From contig JAWOHL010000061.1 of NCBI GenBank assembly GCA_046485185.1, forward strand, positions 1 through 62,662: DNA of 62,662 bases, read 5' to 3'. Every line of letters starts with the position of its first letter. Positions within the stretch are counted from its first letter, which is position 1. The notes beneath the pieces are model-generated. The model searched no databases and was not told where the DNA came from. It saw only the letters and a program-made list of their open reading frames with translations. Below are positions 8,133 to 16,387 of this stretch, piece by piece. Both the position numbers and the translations under genes were made by a program. Source of the DNA: Candidatus Fermentibacteraceae bacterium (lineage in GTDB: Bacteria; Fermentibacterota; Fermentibacteria; Fermentibacterales; JCC-6).

Positions 8133-8285
8133 TATTGCCCTCCGTTTCAACGGATGTATCGTTCAAATGAAGATAGTATTCCCATGCACGTTCGGGTTCC
8201 CGGTGGAAACCACTGAACTTGTATACTATCTAATGGAATGATACCGAAGGCAAGGTTTCTGGAAACAAGAGGAAGATGGTGATCC

Positions 8286-8648
8286 GTGAAAATCGCCCTT
8301 GAACCCGAGGTCTCTCGCAAACGGCTTTTCGAAGGCGAGGGAGAGGCGGTCATCGAAAGCCTCTTCGCTCCCGGCGACTTCAGTGTTGGCATAAATGTCA
8401 GGCTGTGCGCCAGGATAACTATTCCGGCCGGCGGCTCCATAGGCTACCACGTGCACCGGGGGGAGGACGAGCTTTACTACATACTCTCCGGAAGCGGAAT
8501 GGTGAACGACGCCGGGGAAACCCGGGACGTCTTTCCCGGTTCGGCCATTCTCACAAGAAGCGGGGAAGGGCATGAACTCGTAAATACCGGCTCGGGGGAG
8601 CTGGTTCTTCTGGCGGTGATCCCGGTCTGGTCCGGAGGGAAACGGTAA
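8286..8648 (+). CDS. Cupin domain protein
   Basis: GTG start; IGYHVHRGEDELYYILSGSG and GEGHELVNTG cupin motifs. Confidence 0.88.
   Translation: MKIALEPEVSRKRLFEGEGEAVIESLFAPGDFSVGINVRLCARITIPAGGSIGYHVHRGEDELYYILSGSGMVNDAGETRDVFPGSAILTRSGEGHELVNTGSGELVLLAVIPVWSGGKR
8558..8626 (+). repeat. Direct repeat copy A (3' end of cupin gene)
   Basis: 69 bp, 61/69 identical to 10441-10509. Confidence 0.9.
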
Positions 8649-8669
8649 AGGGAACTATCGGCAAGTCAG

Positions 8670-8700
8670 GGCGGGGGAGGCCCCTCCAACCCCCCCCGCC
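8670..8700. terminator. GC-rich hairpin between convergent cupin and esterase genes
   Basis: GGCGGGGG (8670-8677) pairs with CCCCCGCC (8693-8700); no clear U-tract. Confidence 0.35.
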
Positions 8701-8706
8701 TCTACG

Positions 8707-10026
8707 TTATCGGATCACGGTCACTTTACCTGAGACAAGTTCTCCTTCGCAGGCTATCCCGTAGAAGTACAAGCCGGAGGGGAACCCCCCGGCGCTGACT
8801 CTCACGGTATGGCTGCCTGACTCGAGAATGCCGTCGTGGAGAGTGGATACCCTTCTCCCGGCGCAGTCGAAAAGAGACATGCGCACATTCCCGGGGGCTG
8901 CCATTTCGAAGGTTATCCCGATCTCGCCGGATGGGTCGACGGAGGCGTGATGGCTCCCGAGAATACTTGCGGGAACGGCTGAACTGTATTCGCCACCGTC
9001 CCGTCCGTCCCAATTGTGGTGCATGGCGGAACACAGGAAATCAAGCGCGATCGGGAACCTCTCGGTGAGTTTGTCGAAGTGTCCTCCTTCGAAGACCTGG
9101 TACTCGTAGTCGATTCCCATCACGTCAAGTGAGCAGGCGAAAGCGTTGGAGGAAGGCATGATGTAGAACTGGTCCTGGGTGCCGGCATCGAAGTACACCC
9201 TGCCGTTATGCCTCCAGGGCGGAACAGCCAGGTTCTGGACCAGGTTGGGCATGTTGTGCTGCATCCAGAGTTCCCATACCCCTGGTATGAGGTTGGCGTA
9301 CGGATCCAGTGGAAGGTCAACGTAGAAGGGCGGATTGGTGAGATTTGGGGAAAAGGCCCCGGACATGCTGAACAGCACTGCATTGGCGAACCCGGCGCTG
9401 GGTGTGTAGAACCAGGGAGGACCCTGCTGCCCCATGGCCTGGAGTTCGGCAAGCACACCATAAACGTTGATCATGAGCATGCTGGGCAGGTCGAGACCGG
9501 AGGCGCATACCCCCGCGGCGCAGCAGTAAAGGTCAGGGTGCTGCCCGTAGTACATGAGCGCCCCGTAACCGCCCATGGAGTGACCCATGAGGGCTCTCTT
9601 CATCCGGCTTGGAATGGTTCTGAAACTGGCGTCCGTCCAGGCGATGAGGTCTGTGGACATGTAACCCTCCATATCCCCGTAAAGCGCTGAGCTTGTGTAG
9701 AATGACGCCGGGTACGGGGATGAGAATCCGTCGGGCCTCACCACGATGACCGGTTTGATCTGATGGGTTTCGATCATCTCGTCCAGGGTTGCCACCAGTG
9801 TGGGGAATTCGTTGTGGCCGAGAAGTATCCCGGCACCGTGGAAATAGTAGATCACGGGATACCTTCCGATCCCCTGGGGCTGGTAGCCCTCCGGAAGGTA
9901 AACCTGCACGCTCTTCTCCTGACCCAGCGCCGGGCTGAAGAACGAAGTGTTCACTATGGTCCCCCCCGCGAACACTTCCAGAGGCAGAGCCAGAAGGAGC
10001 ATGGCTGTGAGCAGAACCCTGTACAT
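8707..10026 (-). CDS. Secreted alpha/beta-hydrolase (putative esterase family) with C-terminal sorting-type domain
   Basis: Start ATG 10026, signal MYRVLLTAMLLLALPLEVFA; YLPEGY..YPVIYYFHG, GHSMGG nucleophile elbow, DAGTQD, GGH; C-terminal FDCAGRRV...SGLYFY. Confidence 0.88.
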   Translation of the reverse strand: MYRVLLTAMLLLALPLEVFAGGTIVNTSFFSPALGQEKSVQVYLPEGYQPQGIGRYPVIYYFHGAGILLGHNEFPTLVATLDEMIETHQIKPVIVVRPDGFSSPYPASFYTSSALYGDMEGYMSTDLIAWTDASFRTIPSRMKRALMGHSMGGYGALMYYGQHPDLYCCAAGVCASGLDLPSMLMINVYGVLAELQAMGQQGPPWFYTPSAGFANAVLFSMSGAFSPNLTNPPFYVDLPLDPYANLIPGVWELWMQHNMPNLVQNLAVPPWRHNGRVYFDAGTQDQFYIMPSSNAFACSLDVMGIDYEYQVFEGGHFDKLTERFPIALDFLCSAMHHNWDGRDGGEYSSAVPASILGSHHASVDPSGEIGITFEMAAPGNVRMSLFDCAGRRVSTLHDGILESGSHTVRVSAGGFPSGLYFYGIACEGELVSGKVTVIR

Positions 10027-10440
10027 CTCCGTACACCCCTCTCTCAAGACATGCTGCTGACAGCCGGTGTTTCCGGCCTGTTCCGGCGGCGCCGACACTG
10101 ATACCGCTCGGAGGGGAAGTAGCCTGAGACAAGCAAGTTAGAGGATGTACCCCATGTTCTTGTCGGTGCTGCCGACAGCAGCCCCTGGTGGTGTATATAC
10201 GCCATCGCATATGATGTCAATAACAGTGATTCTTTACGTGTTGTATATGGTAAAGGATGATGATATTCTTATATATTCAATAATATTGGGTCTTTGTGTA
10301 TTGTATTATCTAAATGCCATATACAACACTAGTATGGAATACTATATGTACATAATTACCGTTTCTGTACGTAATGCTGTTCGCACCTGTCTGCTCCCTG
10401 TTCCGTGCCAGTCCATGACCCCCCCACTCAGTTCTGTCAT

Positions 10441-10528
10441 AAGCGTTGAAGGGCATGAACTCGTGAGTAAAGGCTCGGGGGAGCTGGTTCTTCTGGCGGT
10501 GATTCCCGTAAGCCGGACGGAGAAGTAG
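10441..10528 (+). pseudogene. Orphan 3' fragment of a cupin gene (direct repeat copy B)
   Basis: 10441-10509 matches 8558-8626; encodes EGHELVSKGSGELVLLAVIPV then a stop at 10528; no matching 5' half upstream. Confidence 0.65.
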
Positions 10529-10537
10529 CGGCCCTTG

Positions 10538-10579
10538 TGCACTTCTGCATTGCGCAGATCTGCGTAATGCAGAAGTGCA
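10538..10579. repeat. 42-bp near-perfect palindrome
   Basis: TGCACTTCTGCATT-G-CGCAGATCTGCG-T-AATGCAGAAGTGCA (single G/T mismatch pair). Confidence 0.95.
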
Positions 10580-10673
10580 GAATGTCGGTTCACATGCATC
10601 CGTGTGATAATGATGTCAGGGCCGGGATTGGCTGTGATTCCGGAGGGTCGGTTATTATAGTAAGCCTCCCGGC

Positions 10674-10762
10674 GGAGGGGTGCCGGAGCGGTTGAACGGG
10701 ACGGTCTCGAAAACCGTTGACTCCTTTGGGGTCCGTGGGTTCGAATCCCACCTCCTCCGCCA
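10674..10762 (+). tRNA. tRNA-Ser (anticodon CGA)
   Basis: Acceptor GGAGGGG/CTCCTCC-G-CCA; anticodon arm ACGGT-CTCGAAA-ACCGT; long variable arm; GGTTCGAATCC T-loop; encoded CCA. Confidence 0.97.
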
Positions 10763-10774
10763 GGATCAGTACGG

Positions 10775-10804
10775 GCCGCCGGAAGCTTACCCGGCGGCTT
10801 TTTT
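10775..10804 (+). terminator. Intrinsic terminator after tRNA-Ser
   Basis: GCCGCCGG-aagcttac-CCGGCGGC followed by TTTTTT. Confidence 0.9.
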
Positions 10805-10847
10805 GAATAGTTCCGATCCTGAAACACCGAGACGAGACCGCATTCAC

Positions 10848-10884
10848 TGCATGGTATGTCCATCATGAGTGGACATACCATGCA
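10848..10884. repeat. 15-bp perfect inverted repeat with 7-nt spacer
   Basis: TGCATGGTATGTCCA-tcatgag-TGGACATACCATGCA. Confidence 0.95.
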
Positions 10885-10950
10885 TATATCGGAGAGCAGA
10901 ATGGTCTGCATCGCATTGGCAGATCGTTTTTGAACTGGTTCGGAAAAGGT

Positions 10951-10975
10951 CCGGGGAGGGCGTCGCCCTCCCCGG
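10951..10975 (-). terminator. Probable terminator downstream of M28 peptidase gene
   Basis: CCGGGGAGGGC-gtc-GCCCTCCCCGG 11-bp stem 10 nt after the stop; followed on the minus strand by ACCTTTTCC. Confidence 0.6.
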
Positions 10976-10984
10976 ATTCGTCTG

Positions 10985-12520
10985 TTACCGGGCCACGACC
11001 ATGCGGGTGTTGCGTGAGCTGCCCGCGGAAGTCACCCTGATGGTGTAAACACCCATGGGAAGTGAGGAGGCATCCACCGAAACCATGTTCTCACCCGGTG
11101 TGAGGAGGATAGTCTCCCGGTGCACCGACCTGCCGGCGATGTCGAATACCTGGAGGCCGGCCTGAGCCGGTGACAGTGCCTGAATCCTGACCATTGCCGA
11201 GGAGGAGACCGGGTTGGGCTGGACGCTGAGTGGTGCGCCCGAAAAAACCGGAGCACTGGCGGCATCGCCGATGCCGGTTTCGACCGGGTCTGCAAGGTAG
11301 GCAACCGCTGCGATGCATGCCTTTGCCATGTTGGTTCCGAAGGGGAAGTACTGCATGTAGTTAGCCATCAGGTCGGTCGTCTGGTGGTAGTAAGGGTTGC
11401 TGAAGACCTGCCGCTCGATGTTAAGCATGGCGGCGTAGCCGCTGTACCAGAAACTGGCGTGATCGCTGGCGCCGGAAGGGCTTGAGGCGACCTCCATTGA
11501 AAGAGCCGGAACGTAGGTGTCGCTTATGGCCTGGAAGGCAACGCCAAGACCTGTGGATGCGGTGTTGTAGTGGAGCCATGCGATGTCGTTCCCTGCGGGG
11601 CCGTAGAATATCATGTCCATGTTGACCACGCCCATGATGCTGTCGCCGGCCGCGGCTGCCTGAGTGGCGTAGTATTCGCTGCCGTAGAGGCCCTGTTCCT
11701 CGCCGCCGAAGAGCATGTACTTGATCGTGTACTCGAACTGGTACTGGCTCATGAGCCTTGCGGCCTCGACCACCGCTGCGGAACCGCTGCCGTTGTCATC
11801 GGCGCCCGGGGCGTTGTAGGAGGGGTTGGGTGAAGTGCTGTCGAGGTGGCCGCAGATGACCCAGTAGCGGTTGGGGTAGAGCGTGCCGGTCTGGGTCGCT
11901 ATCACATTCTGGCAGTTGTAGCTTCCCATCGGAAAGGGCTGTATCTCGACTTCGAGCCCCATGCCTTCGAACCTTTCCTGGCTCCAGGCGCACGCGGTGT
12001 CGAACCCGTCGGAGTTGGAGTGCCGGGTCAGGTAGTTCTGATAGTTCGTGGTGTAGTTGATGAGCGAGTCCTGGTTGACGGCAGCCACGATGTCGGCCAC
12101 AACAGCGTCGTAACCGCTGCGCATTGGTATGGGGATGGGGTGCGCCGGAGCTCTGTTCTCCCGCAGGGGCTGGATGTGGTGAATGCCCGGACGCACGAAG
12201 TCTTCCGGCATGGGTCCCGAAAGCCTGACAATCACTGTATTGCCGTCGCGGTAGACCGGTTCGCCGATCCCGGCTATGTCAAGCATGCCGGCTTCGGTCC
12301 GGACTGTCACCAGCGCGAAGTCCGCAAGACCCCTTGCGCCCGAGTCGAGAACCCGTGAGTCGGCGGTGGGGAAGCCCAGACCAACTATGTGATCATGCGC
12401 CCTGTAGACCACTATGTATCCGTCACGTGCCTCGGCTTCAGGGTCGGGGATGATGAAGAGACCCGCGCCGAAAGCCTGAACCGCAATGAGGACGAGCGCA
12501 AAAAAAAGTGCTTTCTTCAT
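10985..12520 (-). CDS. Secreted M28 family aminopeptidase with C-terminal sorting-type domain
   Basis: Signal peptide; GHLDS, GADDNGSG, GEEQGL, NMDMI, SDH, YHQTTD; C-terminal PNPV...FDIAGR...GVYTIRV. Confidence 0.92.
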   Translation of the reverse strand: MKKALFFALVLIAVQAFGAGLFIIPDPEAEARDGYIVVYRAHDHIVGLGFPTADSRVLDSGARGLADFALVTVRTEAGMLDIAGIGEPVYRDGNTVIVRLSGPMPEDFVRPGIHHIQPLRENRAPAHPIPIPMRSGYDAVVADIVAAVNQDSLINYTTNYQNYLTRHSNSDGFDTACAWSQERFEGMGLEVEIQPFPMGSYNCQNVIATQTGTLYPNRYWVICGHLDSTSPNPSYNAPGADDNGSGSAAVVEAARLMSQYQFEYTIKYMLFGGEEQGLYGSEYYATQAAAAGDSIMGVVNMDMIFYGPAGNDIAWLHYNTASTGLGVAFQAISDTYVPALSMEVASSPSGASDHASFWYSGYAAMLNIERQVFSNPYYHQTTDLMANYMQYFPFGTNMAKACIAAVAYLADPVETGIGDAASAPVFSGAPLSVQPNPVSSSAMVRIQALSPAQAGLQVFDIAGRSVHRETILLTPGENMVSVDASSLPMGVYTIRVTSAGSSRNTRMVVAR

Positions 12521-12565
12521 TTAACACCTTCCGGGTGATGAGGGAATCAGTTTTCTCAATATGCT

Positions 12566-13357
12566 CTACTCCGCAAAGGCCGGACAGTTCCCCATGAAGT
12601 GCAGGTGATGGAGGATTATGGAGGCGCACACGCCCGCGTTCAGGGAGTCCACCCCGCCCGCCATGGGTATGGCAACCCTTTCGGAGAGGCAGGCGCTGGT
12701 GGCTCCGGACAGCCCGTGGGCTTCCGACCCCACAACGATACACACCGGCCCTGCAGGTCTGAACTGCCCGAGCGGGATGCCCCCGGTCTCGGCGCCCGCG
12801 AAAACGTACCCGGGGTGGCTTTTCTTAAGTTCCTGCAGTGACCCCGCCATGATGATCGGCAGAGTGATGTTTGCCCCCGCAGCCGACCTTGTTGTCTTGG
12901 TGCCGTAGGGGTGTGCGCTGCCAGGGAGAAACACGGCGCCGTCACTCTGGAACGCCGCCGCCGAGCGGATTATGGTTCCCGCGTTGCCTGGGTCGGATAC
13001 GCCGTCGAGGGCCACCACTGTCCCGCCGCGGAACACATCGGCGTCTACCCATTCCGGCAGGGGAAAGACCGCGACTATCCCCTGCGGGGTTTTGGTGTCG
13101 GCAATACGGAAGAAGACCTGCGGGGAGAGCTCAATCACTTCAAGCCCCATCCCCCGAGCCTTTTCCGCGGCCGCGAGGGCCTCGGTGGAGGCTTGGGCCG
13201 ACACCATCACAAAGAGCGGCCTGCTTTTTTGTGCGCCGTCAAGAAAACGGGGACCTTCCACAAGAAAGGCCCCGTGTTCAGCACAACCCTGAGGCCGGTG
13301 CAGTGAAGCAGCAAGTTTCACCCTTCTGTTTCCGGCGCTTGTCACGGTTGTCTTCAA
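12566..13357 (-). CDS. TrmH/SpoU family RNA methyltransferase
   Basis: FLVEG, TPQGI, LDGVSDPGNAGTIIRSA, VGSEAHG, IPMAGGVDSLNAG. Confidence 0.92.
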   Translation of the reverse strand: MKTTVTSAGNRRVKLAASLHRPQGCAEHGAFLVEGPRFLDGAQKSRPLFVMVSAQASTEALAAAEKARGMGLEVIELSPQVFFRIADTKTPQGIVAVFPLPEWVDADVFRGGTVVALDGVSDPGNAGTIIRSAAAFQSDGAVFLPGSAHPYGTKTTRSAAGANITLPIIMAGSLQELKKSHPGYVFAGAETGGIPLGQFRPAGPVCIVVGSEAHGLSGATSACLSERVAIPMAGGVDSLNAGVCASIILHHLHFMGNCPAFAE

Positions 13358-14337
13358 TCGGCCCCTTCAGGCACCCCGTGCTCGAGGATGGACCGGATGA
13401 TGTCTTCTATGGAGGCCGACGGGGAGAAACCTACAAGGCTCTGGAGCAGCGTCACATCCGGCACCCGCCTCTGCATGTCCTCGAAATCGCCGGGGTACGC
13501 TTCGTCGTACGGAGTCAGCTCGATCGCGGAAGCGGAGCCGGTTATCTCGAGCACCCTGCGGGCGAGCTCGAGTATCGTTATTTCCTGGACCGAACCTATG
13601 TTGACAACTTTTCCAACGGCTTCGGGGGTTTTCATAAGGGCCAGGATGCACTGGATGACCTCGTGCACCGAGCTGAAGCACCGGGTCTGGGTTCCGTTGC
13701 CGAAAACCGTTATGGGCTTGCCGGTAAGGGCCTGGTTGATGAACCGGGGCAGGACCATGCCATACCTGCCGGACTGTCTGGGACCCACCGTGTTGAACAG
13801 CCTTCCCACAACCACCGGCAGCCCCCTGGCCTTGTGGTGGGCCAGGGCGAGGAACTCGTCAAGCGCCTTGCTGCACGCGTAGCTCCAGCGGCTGCGGCTG
13901 GTGGCGCCAAGAACTATGTCGCCGTCCTCACGGAAGGGGGTTTCCCAGCTCTTTCCGTAGACTTCACTGGTGGAGGCCACAAACACCTTGAGACAGTGCG
14001 CCGCGGCTGCGGAAAGCACATTCTCGGTGCCGCCGATGTTGATCTCTATGGTCTCGACCGGGTGCCTTATGATGTTCTCCACCCCCACGGCCGCCGCGAG
14101 GTGGATGACCGAGCCGCAGCGTTCCGCCAGTTCGGAGACGGTGACGCGGTCCATCACCGAACCCCGGTGAAAGTGGAACAGCGGGCTCTGAGCCAGTTGT
14201 GCGATGTTCTCCATTCGCCCGGTGGAGAGATCATCGAGAACAAGAACACTTCTCCCGGTGGATACCAGGGAGGAACAGAGGTGGGAGCCTATGAAACCTG
14301 CACCCCCGGTTACCAGGAAGTCGTATGAAGGTTTCAC
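13354..14337 (-). CDS. NAD-dependent nucleotide-sugar epimerase/dehydratase (extended SDR)
   Basis: GTG start; VTGGAGFIGSHL, STSEVYG, YxxSK (YACSK), RLFNTVGPRQ. Confidence 0.92.
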   Translation of the reverse strand: MKPSYDFLVTGGAGFIGSHLCSSLVSTGRSVLVLDDLSTGRMENIAQLAQSPLFHFHRGSVMDRVTVSELAERCGSVIHLAAAVGVENIIRHPVETIEINIGGTENVLSAAAAHCLKVFVASTSEVYGKSWETPFREDGDIVLGATSRSRWSYACSKALDEFLALAHHKARGLPVVVGRLFNTVGPRQSGRYGMVLPRFINQALTGKPITVFGNGTQTRCFSSVHEVIQCILALMKTPEAVGKVVNIGSVQEITILELARRVLEITGSASAIELTPYDEAYPGDFEDMQRRVPDVTLLQSLVGFSPSASIEDIIRSILEHGVPEGAD

Positions 14338-15533
14338 TACCTGTTCACCACGCTGAGAAGGACACCGGCGGCGATGGCGCTGCCTATCACACCGGCCACG
14401 TTGGGAGCCATGGCGTGCATGAGGAGATGGTTTTGGGGGTCGGTCTTGCGGCCCTCCACCTCGGCCACCCTTGCCGCTGCGGGCACCGCGCTGACACCGG
14501 CCGCCCCTATGAGCGGGTTGATCCTGTTGTCGCCCTTGAGGAACAGGTTCATGAACTTGGCGAAAAGAACACCGCCAGCCGTGGCAATGGCGAAGCTGGC
14601 AACCCCCATACCGAAGATCTTCAGGGATGAGACCGTCAGGAAGGTTCCGGCAAGGGTTGAGGTTCCCACACTGAACCCAAGCAGGACCACGACTATGTTG
14701 TTAAGGGGGCCCTGTGCCCCTTCAGCCAGCCTGCGGGTCACACCGCTCTCCTTCAGAAGGTTGCCGAAGAACAGCATTCCCAGCAGCGGAATGGCACCGG
14801 GGACAATGAAGGCCGTTGCGATGAAGGCCACGATGGGAAAGAGGATCTTCTCCTTCTGGCTCACGAGCCTTGCGGGCTTCATGCGGATCGCCCTCTCGGC
14901 GGGAGTGGTGAGCAGCCTCATGATGGGGGGCTGGATGACCGGGACGAGGCCCATGTAGGAGTAGGCGGCCAGGGCGATGGCTCCCAGTAGATGGGGGGCC
15001 ATCTGGCTGGCCAAGAAGATGGCAGTGGGTCCGTCGGCTCCGCCGATGATCCCGATTGCCGCAGCCTCGCTGAGGTTGAAGTCAAGAAAGAGTGAAGTAA
15101 TAAGGGTGAGAAAAATGCCGATCTGTGCCGCGGCTCCCAGAAGAAGGAGCTTGGGGTTGGACAGCATGGCGCTGAAGTCGGTCATGGCACCAATCCCGAG
15201 GAAGATCAGGGGAGGGAACAGCCCGCTTTTAACGCCGAAGTAGATCAGGCTGAACACCGAACCCGGATCCTGATAGCCCATCGGCAAGAGGGCGGGGTTG
15301 TAGGGCATGTTCCCGGCTATCATCCCGAACCCGATGGGGATGAGCAGCAGGGGCTCATACTCGCGTCGAATGGCCAGATACACGAAAAGGAGGCCGATGA
15401 CTATCATCACCGCGTTTCCCCAGGTGGCCTGCCCGAAACCGGTGTTCCTCAGGAAGTCCGGAAAGCTGATACCCTGAGGTGCCTGCGAAACGAAGGAGAG
15501 CAGCGTGGAGGAGAGGAATGATATCTGGGGCAT
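14337..15533 (-). CDS. mmdB: Na+-translocating decarboxylase beta subunit (methylmalonyl-CoA decarboxylase)
   Basis: EPLLLIPIGFG, FPPLIFLGIGAMTDF, IGIIGGADGPT, IGAAGVSAVP, AMAPNVAGVIGS. Confidence 0.93.
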   Translation of the reverse strand: MPQISFLSSTLLSFVSQAPQGISFPDFLRNTGFGQATWGNAVMIVIGLLFVYLAIRREYEPLLLIPIGFGMIAGNMPYNPALLPMGYQDPGSVFSLIYFGVKSGLFPPLIFLGIGAMTDFSAMLSNPKLLLLGAAAQIGIFLTLITSLFLDFNLSEAAAIGIIGGADGPTAIFLASQMAPHLLGAIALAAYSYMGLVPVIQPPIMRLLTTPAERAIRMKPARLVSQKEKILFPIVAFIATAFIVPGAIPLLGMLFFGNLLKESGVTRRLAEGAQGPLNNIVVVLLGFSVGTSTLAGTFLTVSSLKIFGMGVASFAIATAGGVLFAKFMNLFLKGDNRINPLIGAAGVSAVPAAARVAEVEGRKTDPQNHLLMHAMAPNVAGVIGSAIAAGVLLSVVNR

Positions 15534-15542
15534 GGGCTCCTC

Positions 15543-15983
15543 CTATCCGATGCTCATGATCAGGGCGTTTTCCAGAACGGTGTCGCCCTCGCGAACGGCG
15601 ACTTTCGATACGATACCCGAGTGGGGCGACTCGATCTCGTTCTCCATCTTCATGGCCTCCATTATGGCCACGATCTGGCCCTTCTCCACCCTGTCGCCCT
15701 GCCTCACCATTATCTTCAGAATGTTGCCGGGCAGGGGGGACAGGATGTCGCCTTTGCCCGTGAGGTCACCGGGGGCGGTAGTTCTGTCCGGCGAGGCCGA
15801 GGCGTCGTGAACCCTTTTCTCCCGAACTATGGTGGGTGTTTTTGCGGGTTTTCTTGTCGATGACTCAACCGTGGCGGTGAAAGTCCTGTCGCCGAGCCTG
15901 ACCTCGATCTGGTCGTCCTCGAGGCGGCCAATGTTCACAAGGTACGTATTGCCACAGATCGTAACGGTATACTCAGGCATCAC
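15543..15983 (-). CDS. mmdC: Biotin carboxyl carrier subunit of decarboxylase
   Basis: EAMKMENEI biotinylation motif; SPLPG. Confidence 0.92.
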   Translation of the reverse strand: MMPEYTVTICGNTYLVNIGRLEDDQIEVRLGDRTFTATVESSTRKPAKTPTIVREKRVHDASASPDRTTAPGDLTGKGDILSPLPGNILKIMVRQGDRVEKGQIVAIMEAMKMENEIESPHSGIVSKVAVREGDTVLENALIMSIG

Positions 15984-16387
15984 ACTCTCCTGTCCCTGAG
16001 TCTCAGGCTGCTTTTGGCGAGAAGGATCTTTGCCCTTCCCGCAAGCCTCCAGGGTGAGTAGGGTTTTTCATGGTCCTGCCAGGTCATCTTGCTTTCATGC
16101 TCCCTGTCCAGGTGAACGAAGTGGGCATGGATGGCCGCCGAAACCGCGGCGACCTCTTCCGGGGAAAAGGCTTGGCCGGAAGAGCCCTCGGGGTAAGCCT
16201 TTTTCAGCACCAGCAGCTTTTTGTTCGGTTCAGCCAGCCGTCTTAGCAGGGGAAGCAGCAGGGCGAGGCTCAGCAGTCCCGTGAATACCGTGACCATTCC
16301 AAGCCAGGTGATCTGTACTCCCATACTGATCAGGCCCGGATCAACCGGGGCGGAAACCAGTGTGTCGGCGGGGATCAGTGTCATCAT
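15980..16387 (-). CDS. mmdD: OadG/MmdD-type membrane anchor subunit
   Basis: Single TM ([10 protein letters not shown]), [11 protein letters not shown]-terminal SPWRLAGR; position in the operon. Confidence 0.8.
   Translation of the reverse strand: MMTLIPADTLVSAPVDPGLISMGVQITWLGMVTVFTGLLSLALLLPLLRRLAEPNKKLLVLKKAYPEGSSGQAFSPEEVAAVSAAIHAHFVHLDREHESKMTWQDHEKPYSPWRLAGRAKILLAKSSLRLRDRRV

Noticed and set aside
8165-8187. Possible Fur box upstream of the ferredoxin operon (AATGAAGATAGTATTCCCA)
   Set aside because: Only about 10/18 matches to the Fur consensus and weak dyad symmetry
10145-10528. 127-aa ORF across the AT-rich block
   Set aside because: The N-terminal part is low-complexity Y/I/M text from AT-rich regulatory DNA; only the last ~25 codons are a cupin remnant, reported separately
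10674-10762. Integrated prophage or genomic island at tRNA-Ser
   Set aside because: No integrase and no duplicated tRNA 3' end seen in the window
12871-14328. 485-aa plus-strand ORF; similar long ORFs at 27039-28334, 54512-55813, 58718-59857, 5069-6016, 45775-46656
   Set aside because: Antisense shadows of clearly identified genes; long stop-free opposite frames are expected at ~60% GC and these have no motifs
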